A DNA stretch of 64,000 nucleotides. It comes from Candidatus Shapirobacteria bacterium. Lineage in GTDB: Bacteria; Patescibacteriota; Microgenomatia; UBA12405. Positions 1 to 8,987 of this stretch are shown in pieces; positions within the stretch are counted from its first letter, which is position 1, and the number at the start of each line of letters is the position of its first letter. Position numbers and translations under genes: made by a program. The stretch lies in the NCBI GenBank assembly GCA_041661765.1, contig JBAZTV010000001.1, forward strand, positions 300,791 through 364,790. Direction: 5' to 3'. The notes beneath the pieces are model-generated. The model had not been told where the DNA came from and ran no database searches. It worked only from the letters and a program-made list of their open reading frames with translations.

Positions 1-2
1 TA

Positions 3-635
3 TTTATTGCTCTCCCTGTTAGTGCTTTGATTTTAGTGGAAAGAGTTTCGATTGTTAGAATTCTTTATGGATCTCAAGAATTTCCTTGGTCAGCTACTAT
101 TTTAACCTCCAGAATTTTAGCTTTTTTGATTCCAGGAATTGTCTGCCAAGCTGTAATCCAAATCTTAATTAGAGCATTTTATGCCCTTCATAATACTAAA
201 ATTCCTTTCAATGTTTCAGCTGTTTCTCTAATTATAAATATTACAACTAGTTTTTATTTTGTTAATTTTACCCAATTTGGCGTTATTGGTTTAGCTATAA
301 GTGCTTCTATCGGTAATTTGGTCCAACTTTTTGGTTTATTAATTATGTTTATTAAGGTTGTTGATGGTTTTAATTGGTCGAATACATTTAGTAAATTTTA
401 TAAAATATTAATCTCCTCTATTTTAATGGGAGTTGTTAGCTGGTTGTCAATAAAATTTTTAGATCTTTTCATTCTCGACACTACTCATTTCATTCCAGTC
501 TTAACTCTAATGGTAATCTCCTCAATTATTGGTTTAATTACGTACATATTTGCTGTTAATTTTCTAAGAATGGATGAGGTTAAAGATTACAAAAAATATT
601 ATTTCAAATTTAAGGATTTTATTTTCCACAAATAG
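3..635 (+). CDS. C-terminal portion of a polytopic membrane protein, MurJ/MviN-like flippase family (5' end outside window)
   Basis: Reading frame is open to the left window edge (track ORF 27..635 starts at an internal TTG); translation is TM-helix rich with MurJ-like C-terminal segment. Confidence 0.45.
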   Translation, partial: FIALPVSALILVERVSIVRILYGSQEFPWSATILTSRILAFLIPGIVCQAVIQILIRAFYALHNTKIPFNVSAVSLIINITTSFYFVNFTQFGVIGLAISASIGNLVQLFGLLIMFIKVVDGFNWSNTFSKFYKILISSILMGVVSWLSIKFLDLFILDTTHFIPVLTLMVISSIIGLITYIFAVNFLRMDEVKDYKKYYFKFKDFIFHK

Positions 636-652
636 TCATATATACTGAACGT

Positions 653-1231
653 ATGGCTATCAAGAAAGAACTGTCTCTTCTACCCGAATCTGAAAATCCA
701 AGGTCTTTTGGAGCCCGCTTTTTTAAATGGATTACTACTACCGGTAGGGTCACTATTATTTTAACTGAACTTATTGTTATTTCAGTCTTTATCTCTCGTT
801 TTTGGTTAGACCGTAAAAATTCAGATTTATCAGAAATCGTTCGTCAGAAGCAGGCAATTTTAGAAAGTGCAACTCCATTCGAAACAGAATTTACCAAGCT
901 ACAGGAAAGATTAGATTATATTAAAAGTTTTTATTCAAATCAGCCAGAATATGATAAGCAAATCAGCTCTTTGATTTCTAGTACACCCACTGACCTTTTT
1001 TACAACCAACTTTCTATTTCCATGGATGAGAAAACTACAACCACAGTCATCAATGCTTCTTTAACTGCTTACAAAGAAGAAAGTATTGTTTCTTTTATAA
1101 CCAATCTCACCCTAAATTCCGATATTAATCAAGTATATGTCACTAAAATTGAAAAAAAAGAAAAAGAAAATCAATATTTAATCTCAATCGTTTTATATTT
1201 TAATGCGAATAAAGCTAAAACTGAAATATGA
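653..1231 (+). CDS. hypothetical bitopic membrane protein, possibly PilN-like
   Basis: ATG start; short N-terminal cytoplasmic segment with LSLLPE motif resembling the PilN INLLP motif, single TM, then coiled-coil; tightly packed with next two genes. Confidence 0.4.
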   Translation: MAIKKELSLLPESENPRSFGARFFKWITTTGRVTIILTELIVISVFISRFWLDRKNSDLSEIVRQKQAILESATPFETEFTKLQERLDYIKSFYSNQPEYDKQISSLISSTPTDLFYNQLSISMDEKTTTTVINASLTAYKEESIVSFITNLTLNSDINQVYVTKIEKKEKENQYLISIVLYFNANKAKTEI

Positions 1232-1860
1232 TCTACACTAAAAACTGGTTTCAACTCCAACCTATGTATGATTTTATTAGGAAGCAAGCCGAAAATGAAA
1301 AAACTTTGAGATATTTAGAAATTGGAGGTACTTTTACCTTAATTACCATTTTTCTCTTTTTTGCCATCATGCCTACCATGACTACAATTTTTTCCCTCTT
1401 GGGTGAAATAAAATCAAAAGAAATTTTTATTGAAAAAGTTGATAATAAAATTAAGAATATTATTCAAGCTCAAAAAGTATATGCTCAAGTTCAGGAGAAA
1501 TACTCATTAGTGGAAGAAAGTTTTCCTTCTCAACCACATTATTATAATAGTGCTTCAAATTTAGCCACTATATTCAGAGACTCATCTTTAGATATAAGCA
1601 ACATAGGTTTTAATTTAACTGATAAAATTATTCAAGAGAAAAATAGTGATCAATTTTTCAAATCTTATCAAATCAATTTAATTGGTGAGGGGCAATATTC
1701 TGCCATCATTGAGATGATTAAAAAGATGTCCAATAATCGTCGCCTATCTAATACTTCAAATATTCAAATCAATCAAATAAAAACCGATATAAATAAAACA
1801 GGATCAAATAAAGTTGAGTTTATTCTTTCCAGTGATTTATTTTTTTTACCTGACAATTAA
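1228..1860 (+). CDS. hypothetical membrane protein (PilO-like architecture: TM + coiled coil)
   Basis: 4-nt start/stop overlap with upstream gene; single TM followed by coiled-coil rich domain. Confidence 0.4.
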   Translation: MIYTKNWFQLQPMYDFIRKQAENEKTLRYLEIGGTFTLITIFLFFAIMPTMTTIFSLLGEIKSKEIFIEKVDNKIKNIIQAQKVYAQVQEKYSLVEESFPSQPHYYNSASNLATIFRDSSLDISNIGFNLTDKIIQEKNSDQFFKSYQINLIGEGQYSAIIEMIKKMSNNRRLSNTSNIQINQIKTDINKTGSNKVEFILSSDLFFLPDN

Positions 1861-2186
1861 TGAAAAAAAATAAAATATCATTCTATTTTGTTTTCATCTC
1901 TTTTCTTACTCTTTTAACCATATTTTTTTCAATAGTTCAAAAAAGTTATTTTAGTTTTATAACGCCCCAAAAAACAATAGAGAATAATATTCTCTTGAAT
2001 AATTTTGACCCAAGTTTAGATTTAACTGTTATTTCTATAGTTGAATCTAAAAACAAAAATATTGACGAATCATTTGATTTCTCAATTATAAAATCAAATC
2101 AAAAATTAAATGATTTAGATTCAACACCAACAGCAACTTCAACACCAACAGCAACTTCAACATCCACAGTAAATTCAATACAATAA
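1860..2186 (+). CDS. small membrane-anchored hypothetical protein with Thr/Pro-rich tail
   Basis: ATGA overlap with upstream stop; N-terminal TM; C-terminal TPTATSTPTATS low-complexity. Confidence 0.35.
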   Translation: MKKNKISFYFVFISFLTLLTIFFSIVQKSYFSFITPQKTIENNILLNNFDPSLDLTVISIVESKNKNIDESFDFSIIKSNQKLNDLDSTPTATSTPTATSTSTVNSIQ

Positions 2187-3533
2187 ATGTTAAAAGAAAA
2201 AAAAATTCCAACAATTCTGGGTCTTATAATTCTAGTTAGCGGAGTTTTTGTCGGTGTCCTTTTAACCAATCAAAAAACCAGTTTTATCTCCAAGGCCAGT
2301 AGTAGTTGTAAGCCAAAAAACTCTCAAATAACCAATATCACTAATAGTGCTGTTTCTATTTCTTTTGTGACTGAATCTACATGCTTATCAACGCTTTCCA
2401 TAAACAATCAAATAATTGAGAATGCTGCTGTTGCTAGTGTTGATCCAAAAAGTAAAATTCATTATTTTGATGTTAATAATTTAAATGCTGCCACTGAATA
2501 TAATTTTTCTTTTATTGTCGATGGTACAACATACAAAGAGTCATTATATAAATTTGAAACAGCTCCAAATCCCAGTGGCTCAATTCCCTCTTCAAATTTA
2601 GCTTGGGGTCGTGTTTTTACACCAGAATTAAAAGCGGCCAATAAAGTCATTGTTTTTGTTAATATTCCTGGAGCTTCTCCTTTATCTGCACTAGTAACTT
2701 CATTAGGCAATTGGAATATTTCATTAGCCAATAGTTTCAATGAATCAAAAACAAATAGATTCACTCCCACAGCCAACACTCCAGAAGAAATTATTGTTAT
2801 TGACCAAAACAATCAAACCACTCAAATCACTGGTAACACTTCAAATAATGATCCAACTCCAGATATTATTTTAGGTCAAAATCAATTTTCATCATCCACT
2901 ATTGTCTACGACACTAAAACTGATACAGGTTCTTTGTCTTCAGTTGCACCAGTTTCAAATTCAAAAGAGTTAGATATTTTAAATCCAAAAAATAATGAAT
3001 CCATTTCTACAAAAAAACCAGATTTTTTTGGAACGGGCCCGATTGATTCCACTGTTAAAATAGAAGTTCACTCATCGACAGTTTATAATGGTGAGGTTAT
3101 AGTAAATAAAGACGGCTCCTGGAACTGGTCTCCTCCATCTGACTTAGAACCAGGAGAACACACGGTCACCGCCACAGTTATTATTAATGGCATTGAAAAA
3201 GTAATCACTAGAAATTTTACTGTCCTCGCCACCGACAGTAATCTTTCCTATTCGGCTTCACCGTCAGCTTCTACCTCTAATACTACCCAAACTTCTATTA
3301 CTCAAACACCAACATTAACCCCAACCCCAACCCCAACCCCAACTATTACACCCACTAAAACTCCAACTACTCCAATACCAACATTGAGTGTTATCCCGAT
3401 TGAAACTCAAATTACTGTGGTCAGTACCAGTTCTGGTATGCCCAAAACTGGTAATACGACTCCTACAATATTATTACTCTTAACAGCTTCTTCTTTTATT
3501 GCTTTCTCTTTTTTCTCATTCAAGAAAAAATAA
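2187..3533 (+). CDS. secreted surface protein with Ig/FN3-like domains and C-terminal sortase sorting signal (MPKTG + hydrophobic segment + KKK)
   Basis: N-terminal signal/TM; Thr/Pro-rich linker (TPTLTPTPTPTPTITPTKTPTTP); C-terminus MPKTGNTTPTILLLLTASSFIAFSFFSFKKK matches an LPXTG-type cell-wall sorting signal architecture. Confidence 0.55.
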   Translation: MLKEKKIPTILGLIILVSGVFVGVLLTNQKTSFISKASSSCKPKNSQITNITNSAVSISFVTESTCLSTLSINNQIIENAAVASVDPKSKIHYFDVNNLNAATEYNFSFIVDGTTYKESLYKFETAPNPSGSIPSSNLAWGRVFTPELKAANKVIVFVNIPGASPLSALVTSLGNWNISLANSFNESKTNRFTPTANTPEEIIVIDQNNQTTQITGNTSNNDPTPDIILGQNQFSSSTIVYDTKTDTGSLSSVAPVSNSKELDILNPKNNESISTKKPDFFGTGPIDSTVKIEVHSSTVYNGEVIVNKDGSWNWSPPSDLEPGEHTVTATVIINGIEKVITRNFTVLATDSNLSYSASPSASTSNTTQTSITQTPTLTPTPTPTPTITPTKTPTTPIPTLSVIPIETQITVVSTSSGMPKTGNTTPTILLLLTASSFIAFSFFSFKKK

Positions 3534-3554
3534 TAATGGTATCATATAATACTA

Positions 3555-4484
3555 ATGCTAGGAATAAAAAAAATAAATTCTATTTTTGAAGAACTTCGTC
3601 CTACTCAATGGATAAAAAATTTGGCTATTTTTTCAGCTATAATTTTAAATGGACAACTTTTTAATTCTCAGCTTTTTATTCCCAATTTTTTTGCTTTTAT
3701 AGCCTTTTGTTTTTTATCTTCATCCTCTTATATTATTAACGATCTTATTGATGTCAGTAAAGATCGGTTACATCCAGTCAAAAAAAATCGTCCAATTGCT
3801 CGTGGTGATGTTTCAGAATCAGCTGGCATTTTTATTGCGTTTTTTCTTCTTTTCTTTGGATTAGGGATAACGATTTTTATTAATTATGGTTTTTTCGTTT
3901 TTTCTCTCATCTTTATTTTACTTCAATATTCCTATTCTTTATTCCTAAAAAAGAAAGCCATTGTCGATATTATGGGAATAGCTTTATTTTTTATAATTCG
4001 TGCTTTTGCTGGTGAAATTGTTACAGGTTATCATCTTCCGATTTGGATTATGCTAACCGTTATTTTTTTATCCCTATTTATTGCCAGCGGAAAACGCCGT
4101 AGTGAATTAGTTAATAGTGGTACAAAAACCAGGTCGGCTCTTAGTGGTTATAGTAAAAATCTTCTAAATTTTTATACCACTATGTTTGCTGTCTGTACTT
4201 TAGTTTGTTATGCTTTATTTACTTTTTTTGAAGAATCAGTCAGTTTTTCTGGATCAGGGTTTTTACACCAGCTTCTCTTAGATTTTTTCCCCAACGCTTT
4301 AAATCGAAAATGGTATATGATCACTCTTTTACCCGTAATTTTTGGAATTATGCGTTATGGTCAAATAATTTTTGAGATGCAAGAAGGTGAGAGGCCTGAA
4401 AGAATAGTCGCCACAGATATACCTATTTTACTTTCAGTTCTAATTTGGGGGCTGATGATAATTGGTATCATCTATGCAATCTAA
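3555..4484 (+). CDS. UbiA-family prenyltransferase, decaprenyl-phosphate phosphoribosyltransferase (DPPR synthase)-like
   Basis: RPTQWIKN motif near N-terminus and NDLIDVSKDRLHPVKKNRPIARG (NDxxDxxxD) Asp-rich motif, multiple TM helices; typical of UbiA-superfamily DPPR synthases. Confidence 0.65.
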   Translation: MLGIKKINSIFEELRPTQWIKNLAIFSAIILNGQLFNSQLFIPNFFAFIAFCFLSSSSYIINDLIDVSKDRLHPVKKNRPIARGDVSESAGIFIAFFLLFFGLGITIFINYGFFVFSLIFILLQYSYSLFLKKKAIVDIMGIALFFIIRAFAGEIVTGYHLPIWIMLTVIFLSLFIASGKRRSELVNSGTKTRSALSGYSKNLLNFYTTMFAVCTLVCYALFTFFEESVSFSGSGFLHQLLLDFFPNALNRKWYMITLLPVIFGIMRYGQIIFEMQEGERPERIVATDIPILLSVLIWGLMIIGIIYAI

Positions 4485-6066
4485 CAAAATCAAAAGAATT
4501 TTAATTCCGTTTTTTTTAATATTTCTTACTATTTTTACTCGCTTCTATTCTCTTAACTGGGGCAACGGCTACTTTTTTAATCCGGATGAAAATAATATGG
4601 CTATTGCTGTTTCCAAAATGACTTTATCAGATCTTAATCCACATTTTTTTGCCTATGGACAATTTCCTCTTTTTTTGACCTTTTTTACTACTCCAAATCA
4701 TGATTTTTCTACCATTATTTTAACTTTACGTTTTTGGTCAGCTGTGTTTTCCTCCTTGTCAATTTTATTTTTTTATTTGATCGCCAAAAATATTTTTAAG
4801 TCCCAAAAAATAAGTTATATTTTTGCACTTCTCTTAATTTTTACCCCAGGTCTAATTCAGTCAGCTCATTTTGGAACTACCGAGTCTCTTCTTATTTTTA
4901 TTTTTTCTGCCAATATTTTTTTATCCTTAAAATATTATCAAACCGAAAAAAAACTATTTTTTTTATTTTCTATTTTAGTCAGTGCAGTCGGCCTTGCTTC
5001 TAAAATAACTGCTGTTTTTTTTATTCTGCCATTTTATCTTTGTCTCTTTTTAATTTTTCTAAAAAATAAGGGCCTCCCTGCTTGCCCGCCCACTGGCTGG
5101 GTCAAGGGAGGTGTCCGAAAGACGGAGGGTTTTAATCTCATTTTTACCGCCGTTATATTTACTCTCCTGACTTCATTTCTATCTCTTCTTTTTTCTCCTT
5201 TCAACATCATCAAATTTTCCGATTTTAAGTCAACTATGAATTATGAAACATCAGTAGCTATTGGCACAAATAAAGTTTTTTATACTCGTCAATTTGAAAA
5301 TTCTCTACCATATATTTTTCAATTAAAAAATATTTTTCCATATGCTAATGGAATTTTTATTTTTATTTTTTCTTTTTTCGGTTTTTTATTTTTTCTAAAA
5401 AATAAAATAAAAAAAGAATTTCTTTTAATTCTAATTCCGTCAATAATTTATTTTATTTACGCTGGCCAGCTTTTTGTTAAATGGTCTCGTTTTATGTCCC
5501 CTGTTTTTTTTATAGCTCCGTTTTTCTGTCTTTTTTTAATCGAAAAAATTAAAAACAAATTTTTAATTTTAATTTTATTAATAACAATGATTAGTCCTGG
5601 CTTTTATTTTTTTCAAAAATATTTCTCAATCGACACTCGAATTATTGCCTCAAATTGGATTGAATCAAATATACCTTCAGATTCATTCATCTTATCTGAA
5701 TCCGGTAATGTTGTTAATTTACCTTTATTTTACATTGATCTTAAAGTTAACAATTTTGATTTTTATAATCAGGATAATATAAAAAATTTATCAACAGAGA
5801 TAAATAAAAATGACTATATAATTATTCCTTCGCGCCGAGTTTTTAAAAATAATTTTCCCCAAACTGAAAAATATTATCAAAATTTATTTTCAGGTAATTT
5901 AGGTTTTAAAGAAATCAAAGTAATTAATAATCAAAGAGATTTGTTTTTAAATTCAGAAAATGCTGAAGAAACTTGGTCTGTTTTTGATTCTCCAACCATT
6001 AGAATATATAAAAAAGTTACCAATTTTAAATTAAATGACTATCAAAAAATACTTATCGATAATTAA
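4462..6066 (+). CDS. GT-C fold membrane glycosyltransferase (GT39/ArnT/PMT-like), paralog 1
   Basis: About 12 TM helices; first extracytoplasmic loop carries a DE motif (NPDENN) as in PMT/ArnT-type enzymes; paralogous to 6642..8402; contains an in-frame GC-rich insertion at 5071..5136. Confidence 0.55.
   Translation: MVSSMQSNKIKRILIPFFLIFLTIFTRFYSLNWGNGYFFNPDENNMAIAVSKMTLSDLNPHFFAYGQFPLFLTFFTTPNHDFSTIILTLRFWSAVFSSLSILFFYLIAKNIFKSQKISYIFALLLIFTPGLIQSAHFGTTESLLIFIFSANIFLSLKYYQTEKKLFFLFSILVSAVGLASKITAVFFILPFYLCLFLIFLKNKGLPACPPTGWVKGGVRKTEGFNLIFTAVIFTLLTSFLSLLFSPFNIIKFSDFKSTMNYETSVAIGTNKVFYTRQFENSLPYIFQLKNIFPYANGIFIFIFSFFGFLFFLKNKIKKEFLLILIPSIIYFIYAGQLFVKWSRFMSPVFFIAPFFCLFLIEKIKNKFLILILLITMISPGFYFFQKYFSIDTRIIASNWIESNIPSDSFILSESGNVVNLPLFYIDLKVNNFDFYNQDNIKNLSTEINKNDYIIIPSRRVFKNNFPQTEKYYQNLFSGNLGFKEIKVINNQRDLFLNSENAEETWSVFDSPTIRIYKKVTNFKLNDYQKILIDN
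5071..5136. repeat. GC-rich short element (family B), copy 1, in-frame within GT-C glycosyltransferase gene
   Basis: GGCCTCCCTGCTTGCCCGCCCACTGGCTGGGTCAAGGGAGGTGTCCGAAAGACGGAGGGTTTTAAT; internal inverted repeat CCTCCCT...AGGGAGG; shares TCAAGGGAGG-TG(T/C)CCGAA...GG(A/T)GGGTTT core with 61228..61270. Confidence 0.55.
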
Positions 6067-6664
6067 TCTTTATCCATTTTTTTGGCCAAGGTTATATGTA
6101 TTTTTAAGGTCAATTATTTTACCTGTTTCCAAAATAGAATCTCTTTTACCAAAAAAAGGTCTAATTCTAGACGTCGGTTGTGGTTATGGGTATACATCAA
6201 CTATTTTTGCTCTTAAAAATAAAAATAGAAAAATTATTGGATCAGAGATAAATAAAAAAAGAGTATTAATTGCACAAAAAGTTTCTACTTCAATTTCTAA
6301 TTTATCTTTTAAAACATCAGATTTAATCGATAAAGACAAAACGTTATTCGATGCTATTGTTGCTATTGACTTGCTTCACCACATTAATCTAAATCAAAAA
6401 GGAATTTTATTAAAAGATTCATATTCAAAATTAAAACCAGGTGGTTTTTTAATTATAAAAGATATTAATACTAAACCTTTATTAAAATATTTATGGAATT
6501 ATCTACATGATTTAATTATGACAAAATTTTCAAAACTTTATTTTTTATCGTCAGTTAAAACCAAAAATCTTTTAATCAAAAATAATTTTAAAATTATTAA
6601 ACAAGGAAAACTTTTTAGTTTTCTTTACCCTCATATTTATTATGTTTGCCAAAAAAAATCTTAA
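6035..6664 (+). CDS. class I SAM-dependent methyltransferase
   Basis: LDVGCGYGYTS glycine-rich SAM-binding motif I; Rossmann-like pattern. Confidence 0.6.
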   Translation: MTIKKYLSIINLYPFFWPRLYVFLRSIILPVSKIESLLPKKGLILDVGCGYGYTSTIFALKNKNRKIIGSEINKKRVLIAQKVSTSISNLSFKTSDLIDKDKTLFDAIVAIDLLHHINLNQKGILLKDSYSKLKPGGFLIIKDINTKPLLKYLWNYLHDLIMTKFSKLYFLSSVKTKNLLIKNNFKIIKQGKLFSFLYPHIYYVCQKKS

Positions 6665-8402
6665 CAATCAATTAATAATAGTTTTTTCAATTTTTTTTAT
6701 TTCCCTTAGTATTCGTTTTTTTGGTTTAAATTGGGATCAAAATCAACATCTTCATCCAGACGAAAGATTTCTAACAATGTTGGTTTCTACTATCCAATTT
6801 CCTTCCTCTGTCGGTCAATATTTCGACACCAAAAATTCTCCATTGAATCCATTTAATTATCAGGATTTTCATTTTTTTGTTTATGGCACCTTTCCTTTAT
6901 TTTTAGTCAAAAGCATGGGTTTTTTATTTAATGTCTCCAGTTATGAAAATATTCATTTTATTGGACGTATTTTATCTGCTATTTTTGATTCTTTAAATAT
7001 TTTTAGCCTTTATTTTTTAGCCAAATTAATTTTCCCAAAAAATAAAAAAAATCTCTTATTTTTACCTGGTCTTTTTTATTGTTTTACTGTCTTACCAATT
7101 CAACTATCCCATTTTTTTGCCGTTGATACTTTTCTGTCTTTTTTTATTTTATTAACTTTTGTATTAATGTCTTATTGGTTAAAAACCAATAATAATTTTT
7201 TATTATTATTTGCATCAATTACTTTTGGACTAAGTATGAGTTGTAAAATTTCTGCCATTCTTTTAGCTCCAATTATATTTCTATTTTTTCTTTATCATTT
7301 TCGACAAAAAAAGATTATTTTTTTGATTAAAGCTGTATTTTTTGTTTTATTTTCTTTAATTATTTTTCGTATTTTTCAACCATATAGCTTTATTGGAATT
7401 TTTAAAATAAATCCAGATTTTATAAATAGTCTTAATTATTTAAAATCAATTTTACTAAATAAAGATGTTTTTTATCCACCAGAGATTCAATGGTTAACTA
7501 AAACACCTGTTTTATTTCCACTTCAAAATATTATTTTATTTGGCTTAGGGTTGCCAATTAGTATTACTTTGTTGGTTTCTGTCAAAAATATTTTTTCAAT
7601 CAAATTTAAAAGATTTTTTTTATCACACGATAACTTTATAATTTTTTTAGCTTCTGTCTGGGTTATTTTTGTATTAATTCAACAAGGACTACAATTTACC
7701 AGTACTATGCGTTATTTTCTCCCTATTTATCCATTTATATGTTTATTAGCTGTTTTCTTTAATTTATTTTCTAAAAAACATCATCAACTTTTTATTTTAA
7801 CTTTTATTTTTCATTTAATTTATTGCATTTTATTTCTTTCGATTTATACTAAGCCCCACACCCGAGTTCAAGCTTCTGATTGGATTTATAAAAATATTCC
7901 CAAATCCTCAACTATTGCCAATGAATATTGGGATGATGCCCTGCCTTTATCTTTAGATTATTCATCTTTGAGCTTTTATATAAATAATAATTTACCTCTT
8001 TACGATCCAGATACCGAAATTAAATGGCAAAAAATTAATTCTATTTTAAATAACACAGACTACATTTTTTTAACCTCTAATCGACTTTGGTCGTCAATCA
8101 CTCAAATTCCAAGACGTTATCCAATAACCACTGAATATTATCAAGAACTCTTTGATGGAAATTCCCAGTTTAAGAAAATAATGGAATTTAATTCTTATCC
8201 AGGTATTTCATTGCCTATTTTAAATAAATGTATTTATTTTGGTCCAACAAACTTTCCTTATTTAAAAAATAAAAATCATTGGGTTGATATTGATTCTAGT
8301 TGTAAATATCCAGGTATTTACTTTCGAGACGATATATCTGAAGAGGCTTTTTCTGTCTATGACCACCCAAAAGTTATTTTATTTAAAAAAATGATAAACT
8401 AA
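6642..8402 (+). CDS. GT-C fold membrane glycosyltransferase (GT39/ArnT/PMT-like), paralog 2
   Basis: Polytopic; conserved N-terminal RFFGLNWD...HPDERF (DE motif) shared with 4462..6066. Confidence 0.55.
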   Translation: MFAKKNLNNQLIIVFSIFFISLSIRFFGLNWDQNQHLHPDERFLTMLVSTIQFPSSVGQYFDTKNSPLNPFNYQDFHFFVYGTFPLFLVKSMGFLFNVSSYENIHFIGRILSAIFDSLNIFSLYFLAKLIFPKNKKNLLFLPGLFYCFTVLPIQLSHFFAVDTFLSFFILLTFVLMSYWLKTNNNFLLLFASITFGLSMSCKISAILLAPIIFLFFLYHFRQKKIIFLIKAVFFVLFSLIIFRIFQPYSFIGIFKINPDFINSLNYLKSILLNKDVFYPPEIQWLTKTPVLFPLQNIILFGLGLPISITLLVSVKNIFSIKFKRFFLSHDNFIIFLASVWVIFVLIQQGLQFTSTMRYFLPIYPFICLLAVFFNLFSKKHHQLFILTFIFHLIYCILFLSIYTKPHTRVQASDWIYKNIPKSSTIANEYWDDALPLSLDYSSLSFYINNNLPLYDPDTEIKWQKINSILNNTDYIFLTSNRLWSSITQIPRRYPITTEYYQELFDGNSQFKKIMEFNSYPGISLPILNKCIYFGPTNFPYLKNKNHWVDIDSSCKYPGIYFRDDISEEAFSVYDHPKVILFKKMIN

Positions 8403-8405
8403 TAA

Positions 8406-8981
8406 GTGCCTTTAACCCTAAAAAAAATTCTTTTTTGGCAACCAAAAATAGACTTCCTCGCTTTTTTTGAACATGGTTTTTGGAGAGAAACCACTTTAGT
8501 TTTTTTAAACTATTTCATTTGGTTTTTTTTCTTTTTTATTTCTTTTAAATTAATTTGTTTTGATATTAATTTTTTTGGACGCCTTTTTATTGCCACTCTT
8601 TTTGCTGAAATTATTGAAAGATTTCTTAAACGAAAACGTATTTGGCTAAGACCAATGTTTAGTCGCCACCAGATTGCCCCTAAAGGTTTAGTTAATAATT
8701 GGTATTACAGTGGTTCTTTTCCTTCTGGTCATACAATGAAGGCCACTTTTTTTCTTCTCTTTATAATTTTCACCGGTGTTCTACATTTACCTATTTTTTT
8801 ATCAATCGTTATCCCACTACTAACATTTAGGGTTTTAGTTGGGTTTCATTATCCAATCGATATTATTGGGGGGTTGATTTTTGGAGTTATTCTTTGGTTT
8901 TTAACCAGAAATTTAGTCTTTCCCATTGATTTTAATAATTTTATTCAAACTATTTTTAATTTTGTCTTTTTTATTAAATAA
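8406..8981 (+). CDS. PAP2-family phosphatase (phosphatidic acid phosphatase type 2 / polyprenyl-phosphate phosphatase-like)
   Basis: SGSFPSGHT motif (PAP2 motif C2 PSGH) plus a later HYPxD-like segment; membrane protein; GTG start per ORF track. Confidence 0.55.
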   Translation: MPLTLKKILFWQPKIDFLAFFEHGFWRETTLVFLNYFIWFFFFFISFKLICFDINFFGRLFIATLFAEIIERFLKRKRIWLRPMFSRHQIAPKGLVNNWYYSGSFPSGHTMKATFFLLFIIFTGVLHLPIFLSIVIPLLTFRVLVGFHYPIDIIGGLIFGVILWFLTRNLVFPIDFNNFIQTIFNFVFFIK

Positions 8982-8987
8982 ATAATT

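Noticed and set aside
2462-2812. 116-aa minus-strand ORF
   Set aside because: Lies entirely antisense within the well-supported surface-protein gene 2187..3533 and has no start context
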